64,000 bases of DNA from an uncultured Chitinophaga sp. (GTDB lineage: Bacteria; Bacteroidota; Bacteroidia; Chitinophagales; Chitinophagaceae): contig CAZGGQ010000025.1 in assembly GCA_964525285.1 (NCBI GenBank), positions 187-64,186 on the forward strand, read 5' to 3'. Shown one piece after another: positions 53,865-63,744 of this stretch (position 1 is the first letter of the stretch; the number at the start of each line of letters is the position of its first letter). The position numbers and the translations under genes are program-made. The notes under the pieces were generated by a model. That model had not been told where the DNA came from. It ran no database searches and saw only the letters and a program-made list of their open reading frames with translations.

Positions 53865-54650
53865 CTATTCATGAATAGCCAGCACCGGCACGCTGCTTTG
53901 ATATATCAGCTTTTTTGCATGGCTTTTAACAAACAGCTTTGAGAAAATGGATTGTTCTTTTTGCACTATGATGATCAGGTCGATATTTTTATCCCCGGCA
54001 AACTGGCTGATGGCTTCATCTGTATCATTCATTCCCAAAAAATAGAATTCGGGATCAAAATCCCCGAACATTTTTTTAAGTTTCATTTTTTCGGCCTGGT
54101 ATTCTTCTGTCAGTGAAACATAATGTTCGCTGTCAACATTTACCACATGCAGTTTTGGATGGAAGGCTTTCAAAAATTCCCGGATAGGCACCGAAGGTGT
54201 ATTGGCCACTACATCCTGAAAGTCGGAGGTCAGTAACACATTTTTCAGATCGGAATAAACGCAGTCCGGCGGAATGACAAGTACCGGGCAAGCCTTTGTA
54301 TTCAGCATTTTCAGTGTATTACTGCCAATTAAACTCTGGGCGATAGCTGAACGGCCTTTGATGCCCATAATAACAAGATCGGCCTGCCGGTGACGGGCCA
54401 GTTTTTCCAGCTCCCCGATAAAATCGTCACCTTCTTCAGCGAATATTTCCATGTTAACGATACCGGTTTTTCTAAGGTCATATTTCAGTTGCTCCAATTT
54501 CCCGGTTATTTCACCTGCTTCGCCGGATTTATCATACACATGATGGAGAATCATATTCACTCCGTAATGCCCGGTAAGCAGCCTGGTGGCATAACGGGCC
54601 GCATTCAATGAAATCTCAGAAAAATCAACAGGAACGATAACAGTTTTCAT
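53865..54650 (-). CDS. Universal stress protein (tandem Usp domains)
   Basis: MKTVIVPVDFSE..., DLVIMGIKGRS, and a C-terminal SSVPVLAIHE. Confidence 0.85.
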   Translation of the reverse strand: MKTVIVPVDFSEISLNAARYATRLLTGHYGVNMILHHVYDKSGEAGEITGKLEQLKYDLRKTGIVNMEIFAEEGDDFIGELEKLARHRQADLVIMGIKGRSAIAQSLIGSNTLKMLNTKACPVLVIPPDCVYSDLKNVLLTSDFQDVVANTPSVPIREFLKAFHPKLHVVNVDSEHYVSLTEEYQAEKMKLKKMFGDFDPEFYFLGMNDTDEAISQFAGDKNIDLIIIVQKEQSIFSKLFVKSHAKKLIYQSSVPVLAIHE

Positions 54651-54739
54651 GACATTTTTTTTTATCGGCAGCAATTGATAAAAGCGTATACAAATGTAAG
54701 AATAATTTATCCTTTGGCTATAAAAGAGATGTTCCCCTC

Positions 54740-55525
54740 TTATTCATGAGCAGCTAATATCGGAATATGACTGTGATAAGCAAGGCGCTTGGTATGTGTG
54801 GTTTTGAGAAGCGAAGTGGCATTACTCTGATGCCTGGGGATGGTTATCAGGACATCAATAGCGTAATCTTTAATGAAATTATCAATAGCATCAAAGAAGT
54901 CGTTCCGGGTAATAAAATAAAATTCAGTTTTGAATGTGCCGAACATTTCTTTGAACTTTTCTTTTCCCAGGAGAATTTCTTCGCTCGGGGAAACATAATG
55001 ATCTTTATTCACATTAACTATATGCAACATAGGGTTAAACATCTCCAACACTGAATTGATAAGGGCCGAAGGGGTGGTGGCTTCAATATTTTTGAAGTCT
55101 GATGCAAAGGCGACATTATTGATCCCTTTGTATTCGGCATCAGGCGGAATGATCATGACCGGGTAGAGGTTCTTATCAACCAGTTTCAGGGTGTTGCTGC
55201 CAAACATGGCCTGCCTTACAGCTGATTTACCCGTAATGCCCATGGCTATAAGTGTTGCCCGTAACGTATGGGCAAGCCTGGAAATATTTTCAATAAGGTC
55301 TCCGCCCATTTCTGATTCAAGTTCTATGGATTGAACACCTGTTTTCTGAAACTCTTTCTTCAGGGTTTCAAGATAATTTATACTGATATCATGATCGTCA
55401 TGAGATTCGTAATTAGTATAAAGAATCGCTACTGCATCTTGCTTGCCGGCAAGCATTTGCGCAGCAAAACGTGCAGCCTTCAACGAAGTTTCGGAAAAAT
55501 CAACCGGGATAATTACTCTGTGCAT
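54740..55525 (-). CDS. Universal stress protein (tandem Usp domains), paralog of preceding gene
   Basis: MHRVIIPVDFSE..., TLIAMGITGKS, SHIPILAAHE. Confidence 0.85.
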   Translation of the reverse strand: MHRVIIPVDFSETSLKAARFAAQMLAGKQDAVAILYTNYESHDDHDISINYLETLKKEFQKTGVQSIELESEMGGDLIENISRLAHTLRATLIAMGITGKSAVRQAMFGSNTLKLVDKNLYPVMIIPPDAEYKGINNVAFASDFKNIEATTPSALINSVLEMFNPMLHIVNVNKDHYVSPSEEILLGKEKFKEMFGTFKTEFYFITRNDFFDAIDNFIKDYAIDVLITIPRHQSNATSLLKTTHTKRLAYHSHIPILAAHE

Positions 55526-55632
55526 AAACGGGTCGTTGCTTCTGAAGATAAAAATACAGGATTTACCGTTCAGTCAACCAATACTTATTGCCGGTGAAAT
55601 GAACTTTTGTAAAAAATGAAGGAAAGAATCAT

Positions 55633-56307
55633 TTACCAGGAATTGATCTTCATATCCACGACAGCAAACATATCCCTGTAAGTTGGGGTTAGTTTTTCCA
55701 GGTTCCTGTTAATATAAGCGTAGGGTGTTTCGCCCTCCTGAGCAATTTCCGGGACTATTGGCTGATGATAAGGATTGGGATCAGTAACGCCATATCTGCC
55801 GGACCTGGCTCTTCTGAACGTAGTAGGCCTTATTGGAGGGGGCGAGTAGGAAGCAAGCGTAACCCGGTTGGACACTCTCCATATCTCATTGGTATCAACC
55901 AGTATAAACCGGGTAACCAGTACCCCTTTTTCATCCCTCAGCAGCAAGGAACATTCAAATCCATAAAGGGTTTGAATTTCCCAGGTATCTGAAGGTCTTC
56001 CGAACTGGTTATTGGTATAAGTTGAAGAAATATGATTGGAAAAATATTCAAAAATGACAGGGTCAGACATTTCAAATTCGAAAGTGTAACCGGGGTTACA
56101 ATCATCACCGCAAAGTTCTTTATCTTTTATCTCATCACAAACAAGCGGCAACTTGTCTGTTAATATTTTCCACACCCTGTTACCAGGTTTCCAGTACTCC
56201 GGAAGATCAATCCGGTATTTATTTGATTCAACATTTGGAAGACGCTGACCAGTTGCCCCGGCCAGGCAGCTTACTGAAAGAACAAAGCAGCATACTATGT
56301 TTTTCAT
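55633..56307 (-). CDS. Hypothetical secreted protein
   Basis: Signal peptide MKNIVCCFVLSVSCLAGATG. No recognised domain. Confidence 0.5.
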   Translation of the reverse strand: MKNIVCCFVLSVSCLAGATGQRLPNVESNKYRIDLPEYWKPGNRVWKILTDKLPLVCDEIKDKELCGDDCNPGYTFEFEMSDPVIFEYFSNHISSTYTNNQFGRPSDTWEIQTLYGFECSLLLRDEKGVLVTRFILVDTNEIWRVSNRVTLASYSPPPIRPTTFRRARSGRYGVTDPNPYHQPIVPEIAQEGETPYAYINRNLEKLTPTYRDMFAVVDMKINSW

Positions 56308-56409
56308 CCCACTGACTTTACTTATTAAAGTTAATCGGTTTTTCCCATAAGTAAGTTGCCTGAAAGAAGTGAGAATTCCGTCAGGTGATTCTTTTGCGAT
56401 GACTCCGGA

Positions 56410-56718
56410 TCAATAAATAGATTCAAACGTCTGTTGCTGCTGCAACCGGGAAAAACAGGGTTTTATTCCGCAAAGTGTTGCCAACTGCTCAATGTATTCC
56501 CTGAAAACAGCCGACCGGAAATGATGGTTGGCCACCGATTCTTTTTTAAAACTTTTGATGTGCACAAAATTGCAGTCCTTATCATGGTCGGCATAACACT
56601 GGCTTCGCATGCCTCCGGGTCCATGCTTTTGCAATTCATTAAAATACCCGTCAATTACTTTTTGTGCTGTGTGTTCCCGGCCTTCCGGAACGGAAAAGGA
56701 CATAATATACCTTACCAT
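56410..56718 (-). CDS. Small hypothetical protein (ABM/ferredoxin-like fold suspected)
   Basis: ORF with a plausible internal start MVRYIMSFSVPEG. Only weak pattern resemblance. Confidence 0.4.
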   Translation of the reverse strand: MVRYIMSFSVPEGREHTAQKVIDGYFNELQKHGPGGMRSQCYADHDKDCNFVHIKSFKKESVANHHFRSAVFREYIEQLATLCGIKPCFSRLQQQQTFESIY

Positions 56719-56829
56719 AATGCATACAGTTTTGGTTTTACAGCCGGTAATAGTATGGCAGTATGGGATCAAAAAAAGCTGCTTGTCTTTTAAAAACGCG
56801 GTAATTAATGGATAAGCGGCAGGAATCCT

Positions 56830-58545
56830 TTATTTCAGTACAAAAACTCTCATGTTATCTACCCGGATAAGACCAATTACCTGATCGGGCATAAACATTT
56901 TTTTCATCAGTTCCTTATCATGTTCATACACATCATCCCTGAAGTTGAGTTGCCCGTCTCCGTCCACCCAGGCCGTGTAATAAATAATGAATACGGGGAC
57001 AGGTTCCTTCAGCTTTACAGATGTTTCATGTGTCTGGTTCATGGCCCTCACAATTTTTTCTTTGGGCCAGGCCTGGTCGTTTCTCAATAACCACTCCGCC
57101 ATTTTTTGCGGCTCACTTAGTCTTACACATCCATGACTGAAGGCTCTCTTGTCCTGACCGAATAAACTTTTGGCCGGGGTGTCGTGAAAATACATGTTGA
57201 AACTGTTGGGAAAAATAAATTTCACTTTGCCCAGTGCATTACCCGGGCCCGGTTTCTGCCTGATATTAGCGCCAATCTGTTCCATATTTTTATTGGCCAG
57301 GTAATTCGGGTTTCTTTTTATGGCCGGCATTATCTCACTTTTAATGATGCTTTGGGGTATATTCCAGTAAGGGCTGAAAATAACCTGGTTCAGATCGCCG
57401 TTAAACATCATCGTATTATGACCGACCTGTCCCACCACAACTACCATATCAAACACTTTCTTTTTTCCGTCCATTACATGTAATATGAATTCAGGAATAT
57501 TTACGATGATCAGGTTGCCGGTTGGCTTTTGGGGCATCCACCGCATCCTGTCCATATTGAGCAGTATTTCTTTTAGCCTCTCTTTCGCCGGCACATTCAT
57601 GTCCTTAATCAATTGTCCAGTAATTACCCCGTCTGCCTTGTAGCCATGTCTTGTTTGGAATCTTTTTACAGCCAGTTCCAATGTATCCGTAAAAAAAGCT
57701 GTGCTGTCATTCCCCGCCATATCCTCTGTTAGCTGTAATCTTTTTTTAATAGCAGGAACAGAAGGCTGGCTGTCACCTTTTTTTAATGATGCTTTAGTGG
57801 GGGGTATAACAGGCCATCCGCCTGCCCTGGCAACCGTGTAATACAACTGAAGGACTTTTTTCAGCCCGGCATACATATCATTTACTTCTTCATAGTATTT
57901 ATCATCACTGTGCTTTTTATTCAGCAGTGAGTCCGCCATTTCAAGCGGCGCTAATTTTTTGATCGGGATAAATTTTTCCTGCTCTTTTCTTTTCACATAA
58001 CCTTTTTCATACGTGCTGTTGATGTAGCGGATAAAGTTCTCGGTAAACGCAAATTCGGAGTTCAAAAGATTTGTATCTTTTTTATTAAAAGTGATCTCTT
58101 CCTGGTTTACCAGTTTCTCGGCGTGTTTGTAAAAATCACTGTTAGCCAGTGTAGTATCTTTTAAATGTGTTACAGCATAATCATACTGGTTCCAGAAAAA
58201 CCGGGTTTGTTCTGTCAAACCTTTCGAAGAAAACCAGGCATACTGGTAATTCCTGGCATTATAAAAGCTACGTATGCGGAGGCCAATTTTTTTATCCCCG
58301 AGCTCATGACCGGTAATATACTTTTCCATGGCAAGACTGTCCAGGAAAATATCGTTATAGGCATTTTCAGCAGTAATGCTGTAATCCCTGTCGGTGACTT
58401 TTTTCGCCTGTTTAGTATCTTTTACAGGTTCATCTACATCTTCCATGACCGGTTCACGGGTCTGTGTTTTTTCTTTTTTGGTGTTGCTGCTGCAACTCAA
58501 AAAAAATAATACAAGAGTTGTAATACAAATATTTTTCAGTTTCAT
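56830..58545 (-). CDS. L,D-transpeptidase family protein (YcbB-like, with PG-binding domain)
   Basis: AVKRFQTRHGYKADGVI (PG_binding_1-like) and YkuD motifs FHDTP...SHGCVRL. Confidence 0.85.
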   Translation of the reverse strand: MKLKNICITTLVLFFLSCSSNTKKEKTQTREPVMEDVDEPVKDTKQAKKVTDRDYSITAENAYNDIFLDSLAMEKYITGHELGDKKIGLRIRSFYNARNYQYAWFSSKGLTEQTRFFWNQYDYAVTHLKDTTLANSDFYKHAEKLVNQEEITFNKKDTNLLNSEFAFTENFIRYINSTYEKGYVKRKEQEKFIPIKKLAPLEMADSLLNKKHSDDKYYEEVNDMYAGLKKVLQLYYTVARAGGWPVIPPTKASLKKGDSQPSVPAIKKRLQLTEDMAGNDSTAFFTDTLELAVKRFQTRHGYKADGVITGQLIKDMNVPAKERLKEILLNMDRMRWMPQKPTGNLIIVNIPEFILHVMDGKKKVFDMVVVVGQVGHNTMMFNGDLNQVIFSPYWNIPQSIIKSEIMPAIKRNPNYLANKNMEQIGANIRQKPGPGNALGKVKFIFPNSFNMYFHDTPAKSLFGQDKRAFSHGCVRLSEPQKMAEWLLRNDQAWPKEKIVRAMNQTHETSVKLKEPVPVFIIYYTAWVDGDGQLNFRDDVYEHDKELMKKMFMPDQVIGLIRVDNMRVFVLK

Positions 58546-58605
58546 GCTATAATGTTTGCCGTATGGGTTGGCTAAAATACAATAAACTGCAGCAGGTAAT
58601 TTAAA

Positions 58606-59673
58606 TTATCTGGGAGAAACATATTTTTTCCCGTTAAGTATTAGTCCTGCTGCTAAATCACGGGTAATATGATAGGCCTTATGTCCTGCCCAGTAAAGTG
58701 TGGGTAGTTTAAATGTGTTTTCAGCCGTTCCCACATTGATTGAATACTGGCCGATGGTAGCCGCCAGTGCAATGGATGCCTGGGCTTTTTCTTTTGGAAG
58801 TTCCTTAGTAGGGGAGAAAACAAATTTAGCCGGTTGCTTGCCGTCAAAATGATTCAATACGATGGAACTGGAGGTTAGGAAAGTGGCATCCAGGTTTACC
58901 AGGAAACGTTTCAGAATCATATCATTTTGAATATTGTAAGCTTTTAGTTCGGACCATGGAACGGTAATAACGGAATCCATTAATCTCTTTACCCAATCAA
59001 TAGAAGCTCTTTCTGCTGTTTCCACCGCTTCTTTATTCAAATTTCTTGTTGAGCAATCCTTATTTAAGTCTGCATGGTTTTTATGTGTTGATGAAGATCC
59101 GTCCGGATAAGCGCCTGTAAACAGGTTTAGTTTTTTCCTGTCACTCACTGCTTCATCGAACCAAATGGGCACCGGACTTATGTTCATGGATGTATGCAGG
59201 TTTACCCAATTGGAGTGAGAATAAAAATCCTGGATGGTATGCAGGCTGGCCCCGATAATGTTGAACAAAACAGGCAAACGATAACCGGGTCTTACACCGC
59301 CTCCATTTGCATACTTTCTTAATGTGCTGATGGTGTTATTCAGTAACAGTTCCCAGTTTTTTTCTATATCAGCTTCTGAATAAACCGCATCAAAGTGCAT
59401 GAAATCATACGACAGGTCACCAGCCAGCTGCAATTGACCGATACCTGCTTTTACCAGTTCTTCATTGGCCATGTTAAAAGCAGGAAAAAAATCTGTGAGA
59501 TAATTGGAAAACTGTGTGGCCAGTCTTGCATCGGCCGAAAATCCATTGGCAACCATTGCTTTCCGGGTGCACTCGGCATGCCACCATGTATCAAAAGCAA
59601 AAGTTTTTAAGGTAGCTCCTGTAAAAAGAAAACACAGGAAGCTCATTTTGAAAAAACAGGAATTCTTTTTCAT
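58606..59673 (-). CDS. Secreted Het-C-like / zinc-phospholipase-C-like protein (hypothetical)
   Basis: Signal peptide. WWHAECTRKA, MHFD, SLHTIQDFYSHSNWV and HADLNKD motif series, recalled from the Het-C family (not searched). Confidence 0.5.
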   Translation of the reverse strand: MKKNSCFFKMSFLCFLFTGATLKTFAFDTWWHAECTRKAMVANGFSADARLATQFSNYLTDFFPAFNMANEELVKAGIGQLQLAGDLSYDFMHFDAVYSEADIEKNWELLLNNTISTLRKYANGGGVRPGYRLPVLFNIIGASLHTIQDFYSHSNWVNLHTSMNISPVPIWFDEAVSDRKKLNLFTGAYPDGSSSTHKNHADLNKDCSTRNLNKEAVETAERASIDWVKRLMDSVITVPWSELKAYNIQNDMILKRFLVNLDATFLTSSSIVLNHFDGKQPAKFVFSPTKELPKEKAQASIALAATIGQYSINVGTAENTFKLPTLYWAGHKAYHITRDLAAGLILNGKKYVSPR

Positions 59674-59712
59674 GTTATTCTAAAGGTATTACTTTTATTG
59701 AACGACGGCCTG

Positions 59713-60441
59713 TTAGTTTTTTTCTGCAAGCCAGGCAGCTACTTCTTTTTTAATCGCCTCACCGATTATATTCTGGTTAGCCGGGTTTAGCAGAAATTCA
59801 TGACTGGCTGCATTATCGCCTATTTCAAGCAACACACGGTAGGGAGCTGTATTAATATTCTCATCAAGACTATAAAAACCAAGCTTACCCGTCACACTGC
59901 AGCGATAATCATTTCTTCCTGTTGTGCTGTCGAGTAATACACCGCGGTTCTCCAGGTCAGTCACAGCGCAAACAGCTTTGACCAGGCGTCGGGCTAATTC
60001 CCTGTTTTCTGCCTCAAATTTATCACCGTAATGAATATATCCCCACATGGCATGTCGCCTGGTGCCACCATTATTATGCACGGCAATAAACAAATACGGA
60101 TCTTTTTTATTCGCCTGCATTAGTTCATAAGCATAGCCGGAGATTTTTCCGTCAATCACAGCCGTGGTATGAAGAATTTTGGTGTTGCTGCCGGAATCTG
60201 CATGATGGAATTGTTCCTTGCCGAGGCTCCAAACTTTATACTCCTTTAATGCCGGCTGCGCTGCCATAGCTGCCATCACAATGCCATTGCAGGTGGCTGC
60301 TTCGCTGAAATCTTTACCGGTATCAGTTTGGTGCGAAGGTTGCCAGACCACGGTCCATTTCTTTTTACTAATTGAATTATAGCGGCTGCAGGATTGATGC
60401 AGGATTACAAGAAACAGCAACAGAATTGAAGTCTTTTTCAT
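59713..60441 (-). CDS. Secreted MurNAc-L-Ala amidase-like (amidase_3-like) protein (hypothetical)
   Basis: Signal peptide. WQPSHQTDTG, LFIAVHNNGG and RVLLEIGDN resemble amidase_3 metal and scaffold motifs. Confidence 0.45.
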   Translation of the reverse strand: MKKTSILLLFLVILHQSCSRYNSISKKKWTVVWQPSHQTDTGKDFSEAATCNGIVMAAMAAQPALKEYKVWSLGKEQFHHADSGSNTKILHTTAVIDGKISGYAYELMQANKKDPYLFIAVHNNGGTRRHAMWGYIHYGDKFEAENRELARRLVKAVCAVTDLENRGVLLDSTTGRNDYRCSVTGKLGFYSLDENINTAPYRVLLEIGDNAASHEFLLNPANQNIIGEAIKKEVAAWLAEKN

Positions 60442-60600
60442 GCCGGGATGCTTAAAAAGAATGTAGGCTAAAGTACTGAATATGTGGGAAAATACGATCG
60501 GTATTGATAGAACCGGGGCGGGTTATCACAGGCAGGCAATTTTCTTTTTTGAATTGCGTTATAAAGATGTCCGATCCTTGTAAAACCAATATCCGTCTGT

Positions 60601-60852
60601 ATGAAAAACCAATACTACAATGATACGGCATATATTGCCCAATCATTTCATTTGTCTGAAGATTACACCGCACAAACAGCCCGGCTGGCTTTTTTTAAGA
60701 TCAATTCTTATAAACTCTCCCTCGTTAAGACCTCTTTCAGCAAAAGCAGGAAAGAACTGGTGAACAATTTAAAGGACGGCCTGCTAAACTACACAAGCCC
60801 GGAGATCATCCTGGCAGACCTTGGTTTTTTTGGGTCTGAGTTCGATAATTGA
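60601..60852 (+). CDS. Hypothetical small protein
   Basis: ORF only. Confidence 0.25.
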   Translation: MKNQYYNDTAYIAQSFHLSEDYTAQTARLAFFKINSYKLSLVKTSFSKSRKELVNNLKDGLLNYTSPEIILADLGFFGSEFDN

Positions 60853-60879
60853 TTTTGTGAAGAATTTTCAACGCTAATC

Positions 60880-61294
60880 CTATTTCCACTTATGCTTGAT
60901 TTCCCGGTTCACGGGCTGCAACGTAATGTATTGCACCATTCTTGGTTTGTTGGTACTGTTGGCCGGCTTCCATGTGGTAATGCATGGTGCCATATTATAA
61001 GATCGCCGGCTTTACCTGCCAGGGGTTTGGAACCAAGGCATGTATATTTTCTATTCTTGGATCCGAATGTTCAGGCAAATGCTGAATCCATTCAGCAATA
61101 CGGTGTAGAAAACCCGGCACCAGGTTAAAAGCGACTTGTTCGGCATCGGTGTCTGTCAGGTACAAGATTCCCTGCAAACCAAAAGGAATGGGCAATTTGA
61201 GACTTACATCCCAATGAAGATCAGGTCCGGGAAAATTAAATACCACTTTGTCGGTATTGGCGGAATGAAATACCCGGTCTAAATTTGGATTCAA
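60880..61294 (-). pseudogene. Phytanoyl-CoA dioxygenase/2OG-Fe(II) oxygenase-like remnant (N-truncated, at least 2 frameshifts)
   Basis: Three frames read ...PDLHWDVS..LQGILYLTDTDAEQVAFNLVPG... / LAGKAGDLIIWHHALPHGS / ANSTNKPRMVQYITLQPVN. The upstream half of the domain is absent. Confidence 0.5.
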
Positions 61295-61308
61295 ACAAAG
61301 CTTATCTT

Positions 61309-62143
61309 ATGGCACTTCCAAGAAAACTTACCGCAGCAGAAAAAACAACCTTTCTCAGTGCTTTCCCGTTGCTGGATGTTGATTTCACGATTGTAACTCA
61401 TGAACCCTCCTTTTCTTATAATTGCATTTCATGGACTGTGGGTGTAACAAATATCTGGCATTGGCCGGGAGGCACATTGGCTAATTTTGACAGCTTCTAT
61501 GCACAGTTTGGGCTGCTGCGGAAAACAAAGGGGCATGTGGCTGCCTGGGGTTTTGCGAATAATAACATGACGCATGGCTGTATTTCCGGACCCACTCATG
61601 GCTCCTGCTGGGAATCCAAATGCGGAAGCCTTGCCCGCATCCGGCCACTGCCTGAATGAACTGAACGGACCCGCATACGGGCATGTAATTGCTTATTATG
61701 CGTGGAAGAGAATAATTGTTGTTCCTTTACCAAAATATCTCCTGAAGTATATGAAAGAAAGAAAAGAGTTCAGCAAGGAAGAAATCAACCGGCTTAATGC
61801 ATTGATAAAAGAAGTTCCCCGTGAGAAAGCGGCGGACTTTGAAAAGAAATTCGGCGCCTGGAAAAAAATATGGCATACCGGAAGTCTTGCTTTCAGTTCT
61901 GATCCTTATACCCGGACAAAGACTGCTGAATTCCGTGAGTTGAAGGCATTAGGAAAAGAAATATTGCCTTTACTCGCCAGTAAACTGATGGATGAAACCA
62001 ATTTCCTTGCCCTGCCTGCCTTTGAGGAACTGGCAGGTAATAAGAAATTGATCATCCGGATTGATGCAGCCGATGAAAAGGTACTGGAAGGGGAGCAAGG
62101 GCGTACATTCCGCACTGTAAAAAAATACCTGGCCAGTTTATAA
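61309..62143 (+). pseudogene. Hypothetical Cys/His-motif protein split by a +1 frameshift
   Basis: ORF 61285-61659 ends ...WESKCGSLARIRPLPE*. The next frame continues HCLNELNGPAYGHVIAYYA.... An extra C in CCGGCCAC (about 61641-61647) accounts for the shift. Confidence 0.5.
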
Positions 62144-62277
62144 GATTGATTTACGCTTCTGTTGGAACCTTTTAAGGTTAAGTTTTTGCAAACCCTGAAA
62201 CGGCAAAACGTTTATTCATTGTTGAATATTTAATATAAATGACGGAATTTCACTTTTAACTTATAAAAAATACAACT

Positions 62278-62553
62278 ATGTCATTTGTTTTAACATTCAC
62301 CCCTGCCGGCATGACTGTTGCCAGGTACGACGAGTGCATTAATAAACTTAACGCTGCCGGTGCGGGGGCTCCCAAGGGTAGAAGTTACCATGTATGCTAT
62401 GGCGATCCTAATGGCGTGTATGTAACTGATGTATGGGATAGCATGGAAGATTTCCAGGCCTTCGGTGAAACACTGGTCCCTATCCTGCAATCATTAGGTG
62501 TTGATGCCGGCCAACCTGAAATACAGGAAGTACATAATATTATAATTGGGTAG
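62278..62553 (+). CDS. Hypothetical small protein
   Basis: 91-aa ORF with clean coding-like composition. No motif recognised. Confidence 0.45.
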   Translation: MSFVLTFTPAGMTVARYDECINKLNAAGAGAPKGRSYHVCYGDPNGVYVTDVWDSMEDFQAFGETLVPILQSLGVDAGQPEIQEVHNIIIG

Positions 62554-62583
62554 TCCGATCATATCAGGTTGTTGCTTGTGGGC

Positions 62584-63069
62584 TCATTTATTATTTGCAA
62601 CAGTCCCCAGGTAGAGTATTTTGCCTTCATCATCCAGGATGTAGAATCCTTTTGATTCTGATACGGTTAGCGGACCATTTGTCCATTTTGAAGGTTCCCC
62701 CTCAGCTGAACTTTTCCGGTTAACAATGGAATTTAGCTGCCTAGGTAAAAAAATCTCCACTCTTACCTTATCATTTGTAAAAACAAGATAGGCAGGCTTT
62801 GTCTTATCCAAAGCTGCATCCTGCGGATCTAATTTTATACCCGTTTCAGAAAGACGGATACAACTGTTTCTGACTTTGGACCAGGTCTCACCATCAGCAG
62901 TTTTGCAGCCATGTTCATCTGTATTGGTTGCAGGTTTGGTTACAGGAACCGTGTCATTGGAAACGGTTTGAAGGTTATCTTTTTTTGCGGGCTCGTCAGT
63001 CTTGGCTGCATTGTTGCAGGCGCTGAGAAACAGGAAACTGAAGAGCAGGCTGGCAATTGAGTTGAACAT
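62584..63069 (-). CDS. Hypothetical lipoprotein
   Basis: Signal and lipobox-like LLFSFLFLSAC. Confidence 0.55.
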   Translation of the reverse strand: MFNSIASLLFSFLFLSACNNAAKTDEPAKKDNLQTVSNDTVPVTKPATNTDEHGCKTADGETWSKVRNSCIRLSETGIKLDPQDAALDKTKPAYLVFTNDKVRVEIFLPRQLNSIVNRKSSAEGEPSKWTNGPLTVSESKGFYILDDEGKILYLGTVANNK

Positions 63070-63210
63070 ATTCTAAAGTTTTAAATGAATAATGTATCAA
63101 TTCTTGTTCCCGGGTAATGAATTATTGGCTGATCATTGTTATTCAAATATAGTTCATCTGCAGGGCAGGACGCTGAACAGCATGCAACGGCGGAATTAAT
63201 ATACAATTAA

Positions 63211-63744
63211 TTAAGACCAGTTTACATAAAGGGGTTTGTTCATCCACGGGTAGTTAATTAATGAAAATGAAAAAGGAAAGGTATTAAGCAGTACATCATG
63301 TGTTTTTCTTTCAACCGTTAATTCCCATTTATCATCCTGTTCACTCAATATTCCGTCTCTGGCTAAAAAGCTTGTCCTGAATCCATCTACTGATGTTTTT
63401 CCAATAGATGGCCAATAACCTATTATGGCTTTGATCAACTCTTCGATCAATTCAATATGGCTTTCCGGTATTTCAATGCCGGCAGGGACAGGTTGCTGCG
63501 GCGGCAAACCGCAAAGCAAATTATACAGTGGCAGGAAGGTTTCATCCGGATTGCTTAAGCCGGTTACCAAATATTGCAAATAGTGAACAGCATCGCCCTG
63601 CACAGTTGCATTCAGAAATTTATTATCAGCAGTAATCCCTGAACTTTCAAACAATATTTTAATAAAATTGTTTGCCAATACCAGGCCTGCATTGTTTATG
63701 TTAATACCGTGCCGGGAAGCTGTTATGTTGTATTGCTTTTTCAT
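63211..63744 (-). CDS. Hypothetical protein resembling the C-terminal domain of contractile-injection-system tape-measure proteins
   Basis: The motif series INNAGLVLANNFIKILFE...AVHYLQYLVTG...DGFRTSFLARDGIL...WELTVERKTHDVLL..FPFSFSLINYPWMNKPLYVNW is recalled from that family (memory only, not searched). Confidence 0.4.
   Translation of the reverse strand: MKKQYNITASRHGININNAGLVLANNFIKILFESSGITADNKFLNATVQGDAVHYLQYLVTGLSNPDETFLPLYNLLCGLPPQQPVPAGIEIPESHIELIEELIKAIIGYWPSIGKTSVDGFRTSFLARDGILSEQDDKWELTVERKTHDVLLNTFPFSFSLINYPWMNKPLYVNWS

Noticed and set aside
61990-62030. CCTGCCTGCC...GGCAGG inside ORF 61574-62143 (and a weaker CTGCCTGCCCTGCAGG at about 51150) as further copies of the 20-nt palindrome.
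   Set aside because: The two half-sites are separated by an 11-nt non-palindromic spacer (or lack a second arm), so the resemblance may be chance. They are not counted as family members without a statistical search.
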